From positions 608,001-672,000 of the forward strand of contig CAVUQH010000004.1 in assembly GCA_963743525.1 (NCBI GenBank): 64,000 nucleotides of DNA. The letters run 5' to 3'. The notes beneath the pieces were generated by a model that worked only from the letters and a program-made list of their open reading frames with translations, did no database searches and had not been told where the DNA came from. Shown here piece after piece: positions 10,681 to 20,720 of the stretch. The stretch comes from an uncultured delta proteobacterium. Lineage in GTDB: Bacteria; Myxococcota_A; Polyangia; Haliangiales; Haliangiaceae. Within the stretch, counting starts at the first letter, position 1. Each line of letters opens with the position of its first letter. The position numbers and the translations under genes are program-made.

Positions 10681-12387
10681 CTACGGGCAGTAGATGCCGC
10701 CGACCCCGGTGGCGTAGCGCACCGGCTTGGTCGCGATCGCGGTGGTGGTCTGACTGGCCGAGTCGGTGACCGCGCCGCGCAGGCAGTAGCAACCGGTGCC
10801 CGGCAGCGTGTAGGCCAGCGAGCCGGTGGTCACGTCGGCGCCGGCGATATCGGTCCAGCCGGTGAGGGTCGAGTCGCAGGTCGCCAGCATGTCGGTCTTG
10901 GGACCGCTGAGCCTGGCGATCGACACGCTACCGGTGACCGTGCCCATGTCGTCGGCGGCCGACCACTGCAGCGTGACGGCGGGAGAGCTGACGTTGGTCG
11001 TCGTGCTGTTGTTGGGCGTGCTCCAGACGAACGTCGGCGGCGCGTCCACCGGGCCGGCGCTCTCGGGCGCGCCGCCCTGGATCCATTCGCCGACCATCGC
11101 CACCTCGGCGGCGGTCGGCTTGGCCTCCGTCGCCGGCGGCATGGTGCCGGCGACGACCATCCGCTGATAGACCAGCGAGCGCTGTTCGTAGACGCCGATG
11201 TCGGCGTTGATCGGCGCTACCGGATCGGCCGCGTCGTACTTGTCCAGGCGGAAGTAGTCGTTCTTGGGCACCGACGGCGGCTGCCCGTGGCACTTGACGC
11301 AGTAGTTGGCGAAGATCGGTTTGACGTCGTTCCAGGTCAGATCCGTGGTCGTCGGCACGGCGACGGTGAAGGTCAGATCCGACTCGTCGCTGCGCACGTT
11401 CTTGGCGCCGGAGTCCGTCGCGGTGACCCGCACCTTGTACTGAATCGGCACGCCGTTGTCGTCGGCGGGGACGCCCGAGGTATCCCAGTCGAACTGCGGC
11501 GTGTCGTTGGCCAGCCCGCTGGCGATGGAGGCGACCACCGTCTCGTTGCCGGCCGCGTCGACCTGGACCAGATCGAGATCGATGGTCAAGACGTCGCCCG
11601 GATCCGGATCGCTGGCGCTCCAGACGATGGTCGTCGCGCCGATGATCGTGTCGCCGCCGTTGGGTTGAATGAGCTGGACGGTCGGCGCGGTCCCGCGGGC
11701 GCCGTGGTCGACCAGCACGTCCGGCAGCAGCACCACGTCGGTCTCGTTGTCGGCCGGGTTGTCGCTGAAGCCGTCGTCGACCAGGGCCAGGATCTCGAAA
11801 TGCTGCTGCGACGCCAGCAGGCCGGTGTTAACGGTGACCGAACGCAGGCCGCCGCCGAGACCGGAGAACAGCACGCTGGGCCGGTCCTGGCTGCCCATCG
11901 GCCGCGCGCCGATCGCCACCACCAGGCCGTCGCCGTCGGCGTCATTGGCCCGAAACGACAGCGCCAGCTCCTGGTCGACGGTGACCATGGCGTCGGTCGG
12001 CGACACCAGCGTGGCGGTCGGCGGCGTGTTGTCGCGGCTGCCCTTGGGCGCGCCGGCGTCTTGCCAGCGGCGCAAGATCTCCCGCTGGCGATCGCCCAGG
12101 GGCACGTCGAGCGGCATCGGCGGGCTCATCATGTCGGCCGCGTGGTCGCGGATCTGCTTGGCGTAGTCGAATGCGTCGAGGGACGTGGCGTCGTTGGCCA
12201 CGTAGCGGTCGAGGCGGAAGCCGGCGATCGCCGGCGAGTACGGGTCGGCGCCGTGGCAGCGGCCGCAGTTGGCCTGCATGATCTCCTGGACGTCGCCGAA
12301 CCAGGTCGGCTCGGCGGGAATCGGGTCAGCGCAGGCCGCGGCGGTCAGCAGCGACAAGACGGCGATGTGGCGCGGCTGGATGCTCAT
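10681..12387 (-). CDS. Diheme c-type cytochrome lipoprotein with Ig-like domains
   Basis: Start MSIQPRH, lipobox TAAAC; CGRCH and CVKCH, each followed by FRLDxY, MP and W...GAP; beta-rich domains between and after. Confidence 0.8.
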   Translation of the reverse strand: MSIQPRHIAVLSLLTAAACADPIPAEPTWFGDVQEIMQANCGRCHGADPYSPAIAGFRLDRYVANDATSLDAFDYAKQIRDHAADMMSPPMPLDVPLGDRQREILRRWQDAGAPKGSRDNTPPTATLVSPTDAMVTVDQELALSFRANDADGDGLVVAIGARPMGSQDRPSVLFSGLGGGLRSVTVNTGLLASQQHFEILALVDDGFSDNPADNETDVVLLPDVLVDHGARGTAPTVQLIQPNGGDTIIGATTIVWSASDPDPGDVLTIDLDLVQVDAAGNETVVASIASGLANDTPQFDWDTSGVPADDNGVPIQYKVRVTATDSGAKNVRSDESDLTFTVAVPTTTDLTWNDVKPIFANYCVKCHGQPPSVPKNDYFRLDKYDAADPVAPINADIGVYEQRSLVYQRMVVAGTMPPATEAKPTAAEVAMVGEWIQGGAPESAGPVDAPPTFVWSTPNNSTTTNVSSPAVTLQWSAADDMGTVTGSVSIARLSGPKTDMLATCDSTLTGWTDIAGADVTTGSLAYTLPGTGCYCLRGAVTDSASQTTTAIATKPVRYATGVGGIYCP

Positions 12388-13520
12388 AGGTAGTAATGCA
12401 CCTGCAACAGAGCGGTCATGGCGCGGTCGCTGGCGCCGATGACCTGGGCGCGCCCGAGCAGCCCGATCTCGAAGTGGGCACGCGGATAGAACGACGCCCA
12501 GGCCGACACCGCGTGGCGCGCGACCCCGCTCACTTTCAAGTCCTCGTCGTACAGCTCGTAGGCCACGCCGGTGTACAGCCCCTGGGTGGGGATCCACACC
12601 GGCCCGGCGTAGGCCGCCAGCTGCGGCCGCGACGCGCCGGCTTCGCGCAGCTGCTCGACGCCGCCGTCGACCTCGAGCAGCCACAGCAGCCCCGGTCCGT
12701 CCATCCACCGCTTGTAGGTCAGGCTGCCCAGCAGTCGGCGGGTGGCGTCGCTGTTGGTCGCGCGAACCGACAGTCCGTACGACGCGCCGTGGTGGCGCCA
12801 CTCGGCCAGCGCCGCCGCGCCGACCTCCGACCGCGGCGCCCACTGCAGCGGGTCCGAGACGAACGCGGTCACGTGTACCTCGCCGTGGTGTCCGATCCAG
12901 CCGGCGCCCAGGCCGTAGGTCTCCTCGAGCAGGTTGTAGCCGGTGTAGCGGCGGACGTAGGTCGTGTGGTCGGGCAGGCGCAGACCGAACGGCGCGTAGA
13001 AGCGACCGGCGCGCACGTAGAGCCCGGTCGAGCCGGGCTGCCAGGCGACGTAGTGCTCGCGCGAGAACAGCCAGCTGTTCAGCCCGCTGTTGCCCGTGGA
13101 CATGCCGGCCTGCACCGTGGCCGCGTGCGCCGAGCCGATGACGCCGACGATGCCGTTGAGCGAGAAGTCGCCGGCCGAGATTCGCGCGGCCAGATCGGCC
13201 TGCATGGGAAAGACGGCCATCGACGCGCCGCTCGCGCTGCCGGCATCACTGCTGACCCCGGCCAAACGCAGGTCGCCACCGATCGCCAGCCAGTCGGGCG
13301 TGGACCACAGGCCGTGGAGGAAAGCGCCATCGCCGCCGCGCGAGATGGTGTCGGCGCTCTCGCCGCGGCCCCAGTCGGTGAGCAGCCCACCGCCGGCCGG
13401 CGCGAAGTGACAGGCGGCACAGCTGTCGGTGCCACTCGACAACTGGAAATAGGGATACGCCTCGGCGGGTGCGGAGGCGCACACGACGACCGCGGCGATC
13501 GCCAGGGCCACCCGCTTCAC
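12384..13520 (-). CDS. Monoheme cytochrome c fused to a predicted outer-membrane beta-barrel (Cyc2-like architecture)
   Basis: GTG start, signal peptide, AYPYF...CAACH...LLTDWGR, then amphipathic beta strands ending LQVHYYL. Confidence 0.72.
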   Translation of the reverse strand: MKRVALAIAAVVVCASAPAEAYPYFQLSSGTDSCAACHFAPAGGGLLTDWGRGESADTISRGGDGAFLHGLWSTPDWLAIGGDLRLAGVSSDAGSASGASMAVFPMQADLAARISAGDFSLNGIVGVIGSAHAATVQAGMSTGNSGLNSWLFSREHYVAWQPGSTGLYVRAGRFYAPFGLRLPDHTTYVRRYTGYNLLEETYGLGAGWIGHHGEVHVTAFVSDPLQWAPRSEVGAAALAEWRHHGASYGLSVRATNSDATRRLLGSLTYKRWMDGPGLLWLLEVDGGVEQLREAGASRPQLAAYAGPVWIPTQGLYTGVAYELYDEDLKVSGVARHAVSAWASFYPRAHFEIGLLGRAQVIGASDRAMTALLQVHYYL

Positions 13521-13876
13521 TGGCGCGCAGCTCCGGCGACGACCCATTGCTCGACCAGGTTGACGTCGGCCGCCGGCAGCGGCGCATCGGGAGGCATCTG
13601 CAGCCGTTGCTCGCCGCGCAGAAGATAGAGCAGCGCGCTCTGGTCGTCGCCCGGCACCACCCACTGCTCGCCGAGCAGGTAGTCGTAGGCGCCCTGCTCG
13701 TCGCTGAGGTTGACGCCGGCCTTGGCGGTCAGCGAGCTGTGGCAGCGCGCGGTGGCGCAGCTGGGGACGACGATCGTCGCGTGGATGTAGGACCAATCGG
13801 CCGGACGGTCGGCCGGCTCGGCGCACGCGGCCCATACCAGGGTCGCGAGCAGCGCGAAACTACGCAGGCTAGGCAA
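13517..13876 (-). CDS. Small lipoprotein cytochrome c with CX4CH motif
   Basis: TTG start after GGAGGAG; lipobox WAAC; CATARCH; MPP...WVVAGA. Confidence 0.72.
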   Translation of the reverse strand: MPSLRSFALLATLVWAACAEPADRPADWSYIHATIVVPSCATARCHSSLTAKAGVNLSDEQGAYDYLLGEQWVVPGDDQSALLYLLRGEQRLQMPPDAPLPAADVNLVEQWVVAGAARQ

Positions 13877-13993
13877 AGACGGGCTCCTCCTGGGAATAGT
13901 TGCGTAGGTTCTGGCAATGGTTGAAAAAAATTCACCGGGCGGGACGCGCATAACCGGCGCCCGGCACCCACGTTCGCGTACTATCGGCGGGAC

Positions 13994-14766
<773 letters not shown>

Positions 14767-14770
<4 letters not shown>

Positions 14771-15561
14771 CGGTACGCCCCTACATCGAACGCCTCGGCG
14801 CGCGCACCCTCGACGGGGTCGACGCGGGGCTGGCGCTGTGGGGCGTGTTCGTCGGCACCTTCGCCGGACTGATCCGCGGCGGCCGGCCCAGGGGCGAAGT
14901 GGTGCGCCAGCTGTACGTCATCGGCAACAAGTCGGTGGTGTTCGTCGCCGTGACCCTGGGCTTCATCGGCATGGTCATGGTCTACCAGAGCTGCCTGCAG
15001 CTGAACCGGGTCACCGGCGACCTGTCGCAGATCGGGCCGGAGTTCCTCAAGCTCTTGGTCCACGACTTCGCCCCCACGCTGACGGCGATGATGCTGGCCA
15101 CCCGCGTCGGCGCCGGCATCGCCGCCGAGGTCGGGTCGATGAAGGTGACCGAGCAGATCGACGCCCTGCGCATGTCGGGGGTGCGGCCGATCGACTACCT
15201 GATCGTGCCCCGCTTCCTGGCCACGGTCATCGCCACCGTCTGCCTCACCGTCCTGGGCGCGACCGTCGCCTACCTCATGGGCGGCCTGACCGCGGCGCTG
15301 AGCTTCCACGTCAACCCGGACATCTTCTTCGACCTGTCGCGGGTCACGCCGACGCACCTGTTCCTCGGTCTGAGCAAGGCGGTCTGCTACGGCGCCGCCA
15401 TCCCGATCATCTCCGGCTTCTGCGGCCTGCGCGCCCGCGGCAGCTCCGAGGGAGTCGGCTGGGCGACGACGGCCGCGGTCATCGGCAGCTCGTTTGCCGT
15501 CATCCTCATCGACTTCGTCATCTCGGCCTTCGGCCTGACGGTGCTGGGAGGCGGGCTGTGA
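14767..15561 (+). CDS. MlaE/YrbE-like permease 2
   Basis: RVGAGIAAEVGSMKVTEQIDALR, GVGWATT. Confidence 0.92.
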
Positions 15562-16325
15562 GCCAGGCGCCCATGATCCGCTTCGTCGGCGTGCGCAAGT
15601 CGTTCGGCGCGCGCGAGGTGCTGTCGGGCATCGACCTCGACATCGACCAGGGCGAGGTGATGTTCATCATCGGCACCTCCGGCGTGGGCAAGAGCGTGAC
15701 CATCAAGCACCTGGTCGGCCTGTTGCGCGTCGACAGCGGCGAGATTTGGTTCGAAGGCCAGCGCATCGACGCCCTCAGCGAGCGCGACTTCTATCCCCTG
15801 CGCAAGCGGATCGGCATGGTCTTCCAGAGCGCGACCCTGTTCGACTCGATGACCCTGCGCGAGAACGTCGCCCTGCCCCTGCGCAAGCACAAGGGGATGC
15901 GCCACCACGACGCCCTGCAGGAGGCCGCCGTCCGCCTCGAGCAGGTACACATGCACGACTTCATGGACCGCTACCCGGCCGAGCTTTCCGACGGCATGCG
16001 CAAGCGGGCCGCCATCGCCCGGACGCTGACGCTGGAGCCGGAGGTGGTGCTGTTCGACGAGCCGACCACCGGACTGGACCCGGTGTCGGCCCGGCGCATC
16101 GACGCGCTCATCCGCGAGCTGTCCGACACCACCGGCGTGACCTCGGTGGTGGTGTCACACGATCTGGAATCGATCTTCTCGATCGCGGATCGGATCGCCT
16201 TCGTCTACCAGGGCCGCGTTCATCTGTGCGGAACAAAAGACGACTTTCGACATTCTCCAGACCCGGTGGTACAGCAGTTCATCACCGGTCTTTCATCGGG
16301 GCCGATGGAGACGCCCGGTTTTTGA
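15558..16325 (+). CDS. MlaF/MceG-like ABC ATPase 2 (degenerate signature LSDGM)
   Basis: GTG start overlapping the upstream stop; GTSGVGKS, LSDGMRKR, FDEPTTGLDP, VSHD. Confidence 0.9.
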   Translation: MSQAPMIRFVGVRKSFGAREVLSGIDLDIDQGEVMFIIGTSGVGKSVTIKHLVGLLRVDSGEIWFEGQRIDALSERDFYPLRKRIGMVFQSATLFDSMTLRENVALPLRKHKGMRHHDALQEAAVRLEQVHMHDFMDRYPAELSDGMRKRAAIARTLTLEPEVVLFDEPTTGLDPVSARRIDALIRELSDTTGVTSVVVSHDLESIFSIADRIAFVYQGRVHLCGTKDDFRHSPDPVVQQFITGLSSGPMETPGF

Positions 16326-16334
16326 GGGGTACAC

Positions 16335-17348
16335 ATGCGTGATCGCGGGCTGGAATTCAAGGTCGGGGTGCTCATCGTCGCGGCGATGGTGGTGCTGGGC
16401 GGGTTCATCTTCGTGCTCGGCAACTTCTCGCTGCACTCCGGCTTCACCATTCACGTCGACTATGGCTTCAGCGGCAACATCCGCCCCGGAGCTCCAGTCA
16501 AGGTGTCGGGCATCAAGGTCGGCAAGGTCAAAGACGTCCGCTACCTGGGCGGCAAGGTCGACGCCAAGACCGGCGACCGCGTCTACGTCCGCCTCGACGT
16601 CTGGATCGAGGAACGGGTCCACGACTCGATCAAGAAGAACGCCGAGTTCTACATCAACACCGCCGGCGTCCTCGGCGAGCAGTACCTCGAGATCGTGCCC
16701 GGTGACGCCGAACAATCCGTGGCCGCCGGCGACGTCCTCCGCGGCACCGATCCGCCGCGCACCGATCTCATCGTGTCGCGCCTGTACGACGTGCTCGACT
16801 CGCTGTCCAGCGTCCTGCGCGACGACCGCGGCACCATCAAGAAGCTGCTGGCCAACAGCGCCAGCGCCGTCGACCAGGCCAACACCTTCCTGGTCGACAA
16901 CCGCGAGAACATGGGCAAGCTGTTGGTGTCGGCCGACCGCCTGGCCAACAACGCCTCCAACGTGCTGGAGAAGGTCAACACCGGCATGGGCGACCCGCGG
17001 GTCATCGCCCGCACCGTGCGCGACGCCGACGGCCTGCTCAACACCGCCAACGACTCGCTGACCCAGCTGACACCGCCGACCAAGGCGCTGCTGGTCGACG
17101 CCAAGCGCGTGACCGGCACCCTCACCGAGGAGCGGGTCGACAAGGCCCTGTCGGTCGCCGACAAGGCGGTCGCGGTCGCCGGCAAGGCCGGCGGCCTGAT
17201 CGACAACGTCAACGGCATGGTCACCGATCTCCGCGCCGGCAAGGGCACCGCCGGCGCCCTGCTCGTCCGCGAAGAGATCTACGCCGACCTGCGCGAGATG
17301 CTCCGCGACCTCAAGCGCAACCCGTGGAAGTTCTTCTGGAAGGAGTAG
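16335..17348 (+). CDS. MlaD/MCE-domain protein 1 with helical extension
   Basis: N-terminal TM, GAPVKVSGIKVGKV, GVLGEQYLEIVPG, C-terminal DLKRNPWK. Confidence 0.92.
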   Translation: MRDRGLEFKVGVLIVAAMVVLGGFIFVLGNFSLHSGFTIHVDYGFSGNIRPGAPVKVSGIKVGKVKDVRYLGGKVDAKTGDRVYVRLDVWIEERVHDSIKKNAEFYINTAGVLGEQYLEIVPGDAEQSVAAGDVLRGTDPPRTDLIVSRLYDVLDSLSSVLRDDRGTIKKLLANSASAVDQANTFLVDNRENMGKLLVSADRLANNASNVLEKVNTGMGDPRVIARTVRDADGLLNTANDSLTQLTPPTKALLVDAKRVTGTLTEERVDKALSVADKAVAVAGKAGGLIDNVNGMVTDLRAGKGTAGALLVREEIYADLREMLRDLKRNPWKFFWKE

Positions 17349-17358
17349 CGGGCCGACC

Positions 17359-18418
17359 GTGAGCCTGGTCAGCGACGAAAAACGCCAGCTGCGCGTCGGC
17401 GCGGCGCTCCTCGCGGTGGTGGCGGTCGCCGTCGTCGGCGTCGTCCTGCTCGACGGCGTCCATCTGCGCCGCGGCTTCCACGTCAAAGTCTACTTCCAGC
17501 ACACCGGCGCCCTCGAAGAAGGCGCCGACGTCCAGGTCGCCGGCCGCGTGATCGGCACGGTCCAGAGCATCGCCCTGGTCACCGCCAGGGAAGCGTCCGA
17601 CCCGTCGCACCCGCTCTATCCCACCGGCGGCGTCGCCTGCAACGTCCGCATCGAGCGCCGCTTCCGCTACCTGACCCGCAAGCGCGGCGCCGTCTTCGTC
17701 TCGTCCAAAGGGATCATCGGCACCGCCTTCCTCGAGCAGGGCCCGCCCGACGACGGCGGCGAGCCGGGCCCGCCCCTCGACGACGGCGACGCCATCCGCG
17801 GCGTTCGACCCACCGCGCATGGACCGCGTGATGATGCGCAGCTACCAGAACCTGCTCATCAGCCGCGCGTTCCTGTCCGAGGTCGCCCCCGAAGCCCACC
17901 GCCTGGGCCACGCCCTCAACGAGCTGGCCGACACCCTGGAGACGGTCGAACAGAAGCCCGGCGACTTTGCCGCCATGGCCCAGTCGATGCGCGAGCTATC
18001 GGCCCAGCTCGAAGCCGTCCAGGGCAAGTGGGACCAGGCCGACCTCCGCCTCGACGACGTCCAGGCCCTGGCCGCCAAAGCCACCCAGACCATGGACCGC
18101 ACCAAGAAGGCCATGGACGACATCCGCGCCAGGCTCGACGAGCTCGACGCCGACACCGTGCGCCTGCGCGCCGCCCTGCCCCGCGCCGCGCCCGCCCGCT
18201 TCCGCCTGGCCATCGACAAGACCCGCCAGGCGCTGGCCAAGCTGGACCACATCCGCGCCACCGTGGACGAGATGGCCGCAATGGTCCGCCGCGGCGAAGG
18301 CAACATCGGCGGCCTCACCCACGACCCCGAGTTCTCCGACTACGCCAAGAAGATCGGCAAGATCCTCAAGCGCACCCCGTGGCGCGTCCTCGGCACGATG
18401 CACGAGAAGCAGCACTGA
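17359..18418 (+). CDS. MlaD/MCE-domain protein 2, apparent +1 frameshift at about 17804
   Basis: GADVQVAGRVIGTV; removing one T from GGCGTTCGAC restores GVDPPRMD (paralog has GTDPPRTD) and joins ORF 17819-18418, which contains LKRTPWR. Confidence 0.85.
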
Positions 18419-18504
18419 GCGACCCTGAAAGCCGCCATCGCCGATCGTGCCGGCGCGGCCCAGGGTGCGACTAGGGGTGCCCCAAACACCCGAAATGCCG
18501 GCGG

Positions 18505-18559
18505 AAAAAAGTGAAAAACTAAAGAGCGTCCCCCGCTTGTCCACGACGAGCGGGGGCGC
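18505..18559 (-). terminator. Probable terminator between the convergent mlaD2 and four-helix-bundle genes
   Basis: GC-rich stem 18526-18559 followed by T-rich tracts on the minus strand. Confidence 0.55.
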
Positions 18560-18579
18560 CGGGCGCCCCCGCCGCCCCC

Positions 18580-18897
18580 TCACCGGCTCAGCTTCACCAG
18601 GCTACCGATGACGTGGTCGAACCGACTGCGCAGCTCGCCCCCAATCGGTCCGACGTATCCCAGCGCAACCGCGACCTCGAGATTCGCCCGCGATTCCTCC
18701 GCCGAGCCCAACGCGTTGCGGTAGCGCAGCCGCTTGTTGCCACCGCGCCCCGCCGCCCCCTCGGCCACGTTGAGCACGATCGACGTCGCCGAACGCCTCA
18801 ACTGTCGCGCCTGATCTCGATCGTACTTCTCGATCCGCAACGCCAACGGCCGAATAGCCGCGACCAATTCGATGCAAACGGGATAGATACGCAACAT
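18580..18897 (-). CDS. Four-helix-bundle protein (23S rRNA IVP/Avd-like family)
   Basis: 105 aa; QLRRSATSIVLNVAEG and ALGSAEE motifs; AGGAGAGG RBS. Confidence 0.88.
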   Translation of the reverse strand: MLRIYPVCIELVAAIRPLALRIEKYDRDQARQLRRSATSIVLNVAEGAAGRGGNKRLRYRNALGSAEESRANLEVAVALGYVGPIGGELRSRFDHVIGSLVKLSR

Positions 18898-18933
18898 GAG
18901 AGCCTCTCCTTTCGAAAGTGAGGCATCTCCAAC

Positions 18934-19013
18934 CGCCCGGAGCGCAGGCGGGGTCAAGGGCGCGAAGCGGCGCGCGAAGCGCGCGAACCCTTGACGCCGC
19001 CGAGCACCGGGCG
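18934..19013. repeat. Imperfect inverted repeat (about 27-bp arms) enclosing two GAA-loop mini-hairpins
   Basis: CGCCCGGAGCGCAGGCGGGGTCAAGGG ... CCCTTGACGCCGCCGAGCACCGGGCG; interior CGC-GAA-GCG and CGCGC-GAA-GCGCG. Confidence 0.8.
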
Positions 19014-19038
19014 ACGATCGAAACTCACGAGCGAGAGC

Positions 19039-19150
19039 CCCCCTCCCATCCCCATCCCCATCCCCATCCCCTTCCCCTTCTCCCATCCCCATCCCCTTCC
19101 CCTTCCCCTTCTCCCTTCCCCTTCTCCGATCCCCATCCCCATCCCCATCC
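19039..19150. repeat. Degenerate hexamer tandem repeat (CCCCAT/CCCCTT)n
   Basis: Directly visible pyrimidine-rich tract of about 110 bp. Confidence 0.9.
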
Positions 19151-19225
19151 GAAAACAGCCGCGCCCCCGTTCCCGCGCTTGCGCGCGAGCCGGGGGCGCC
19201 TCCGCAGCCACCGAAGCGGCTCGGA

Positions 19226-20617
19226 TTACAGCGTCGGCAAGCTGTCCGGCAAAACCGCCGGCACGGTGTTGAAATTGATCTCCACCGAGATGCCATCCAC
19301 GAACCGCAACTGCCCGTTCTTGTCAACTTCCTCCGTGCAGTTCACATCACCCTTGTCGTGAAAGACCTCCCCATTGCCGTCGATGCACGTATCCACCTTC
19401 GACACATCGTCGAGCGGATCACTGTCGCAGAACGCCTCGAGACCATCCTGATCGACGTCGATATCCGGCGTCCGGCAGCCCGCATACTCGCTGGTATCCG
19501 GCAACGACGGCAGCGCCAGGATCGGACCGAGGATGTTGGCGAACGTCGCGTCCAGCAGCGTGTCCTCCGGCGTCAAGCCGATCTGCGACACATCCAACCC
19601 GGTGATCTGGTCCGCCGTGTGCGCGTCGATGACACCACCCAGCCGGCCATTCTGGATCGCCCAGCCCGCCGGGGTCATGACCAGGTCTCCCTCGATCTGC
19701 GCACCCGTAATGCGCAGGTCCAGATTGAGATCGTTCGTGACCGGAATGTTGACCGAGAAGACCGCCGGACCGGCCACCAGCTTGAGCACGCCGCCGTCGC
19801 TGGTGACGGTGCCCGAGGTAAACGCGATCTTGGCCGAGCCGTCGCTGTTGAAGCCGAGCGGATCGAGCCCCATCCCCGGATCCAGCACGTCGTCGTACGG
19901 CGAGCAGTCGGGGAAGTCGGCGTTGCCGTCGCAGTCGTTGTCCAGCCCGTCGCCGCACACCTCGGCCTTGCCCGGGGCGATGGTGTCGTCCATGTCGTTG
20001 CAGTCGCCGTCGGCGATGGTCACGCCGTCGCCGTCCCGGTCCATGGTGTCGTCGGACGGCACGGTCATCACGCCACCGTCGCCCTCGACGGTGGTTTCGT
20101 CGGCCAGGCCGTTGCAGTTGTCGTCGATGAAGTTGCCGGGAACCTCGGCGGCGCCCTTGTTGATGTCCCCGTCACCGTCGTTGCAGTCGCCGCCGTCGCT
20201 GGCGGTCTTGTCGCCGTCCATGTCGGCGTCCATCCGGTAGGTGCCGAGATAGATGGCGAACTTGACGCACTCGTCCGGTCCGACGGTGCCGAAGTCGAAG
20301 AACTCGAACGGGATGACGATGTCGAACTTGTCGAACGCGTCGTTGATGGAGCTACGCGCCAGCGAGCCGACGGCCGACAGCTTGTTGTCGGGATCCCCAT
20401 CCTTGTCCAGGTCGAAGCCGTCCTCGAGCGAGCCGATCTCCAGCTCGGAGATCACCATCGGGTTGGTTCCCTGCAGCGGAACCACCGCTTCCCCCTCGCA
20501 AACCGGTTGCCCGTCGAGCGGCCACAGCGGCTCCTTCTTGGAGTTCCCACATGCGGCGCCCAGCAGCAAGACAGACGAAAGCGCAGCTGCGCCGAATAGA
20601 CCAGTCGATCGGATCAT
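19226..20617 (-). CDS. Acidic Cys-rich lipoprotein with two MopE-like putative metal-binding repeats
   Basis: Lipobox GAAC; DCND...I..G.AEV...DxxCxG.AD twice. Confidence 0.8.
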   Translation of the reverse strand: MIRSTGLFGAAALSSVLLLGAACGNSKKEPLWPLDGQPVCEGEAVVPLQGTNPMVISELEIGSLEDGFDLDKDGDPDNKLSAVGSLARSSINDAFDKFDIVIPFEFFDFGTVGPDECVKFAIYLGTYRMDADMDGDKTASDGGDCNDGDGDINKGAAEVPGNFIDDNCNGLADETTVEGDGGVMTVPSDDTMDRDGDGVTIADGDCNDMDDTIAPGKAEVCGDGLDNDCDGNADFPDCSPYDDVLDPGMGLDPLGFNSDGSAKIAFTSGTVTSDGGVLKLVAGPAVFSVNIPVTNDLNLDLRITGAQIEGDLVMTPAGWAIQNGRLGGVIDAHTADQITGLDVSQIGLTPEDTLLDATFANILGPILALPSLPDTSEYAGCRTPDIDVDQDGLEAFCDSDPLDDVSKVDTCIDGNGEVFHDKGDVNCTEEVDKNGQLRFVDGISVEINFNTVPAVLPDSLPTL

Positions 20618-20720
20618 TACAAAGCTCCTCCCTCGGCGTCGGAGAATAAGCAGGTGGTCGAATGCCGGTCAAGGACGACATTCACCGGCCCCGGTCGCAC
20701 CCTCTGGTAAGGTCCCGGAT

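Noticed and set aside
18580..18897. Diversity-generating retroelement suggested by the Avd-like protein
   Set aside because: No reverse transcriptase and no template/variable repeat pair seen in the window
19039..19150. Possible CRISPR array
   Set aside because: Simple tandem hexamers without spacers; no cas genes
18898..19326. N-terminal extension of ORF 18580-19326 with GD/GK/GM dipeptides
   Set aside because: Translation of the hexamer tract; the RBS and ATG at 18897 define the real start
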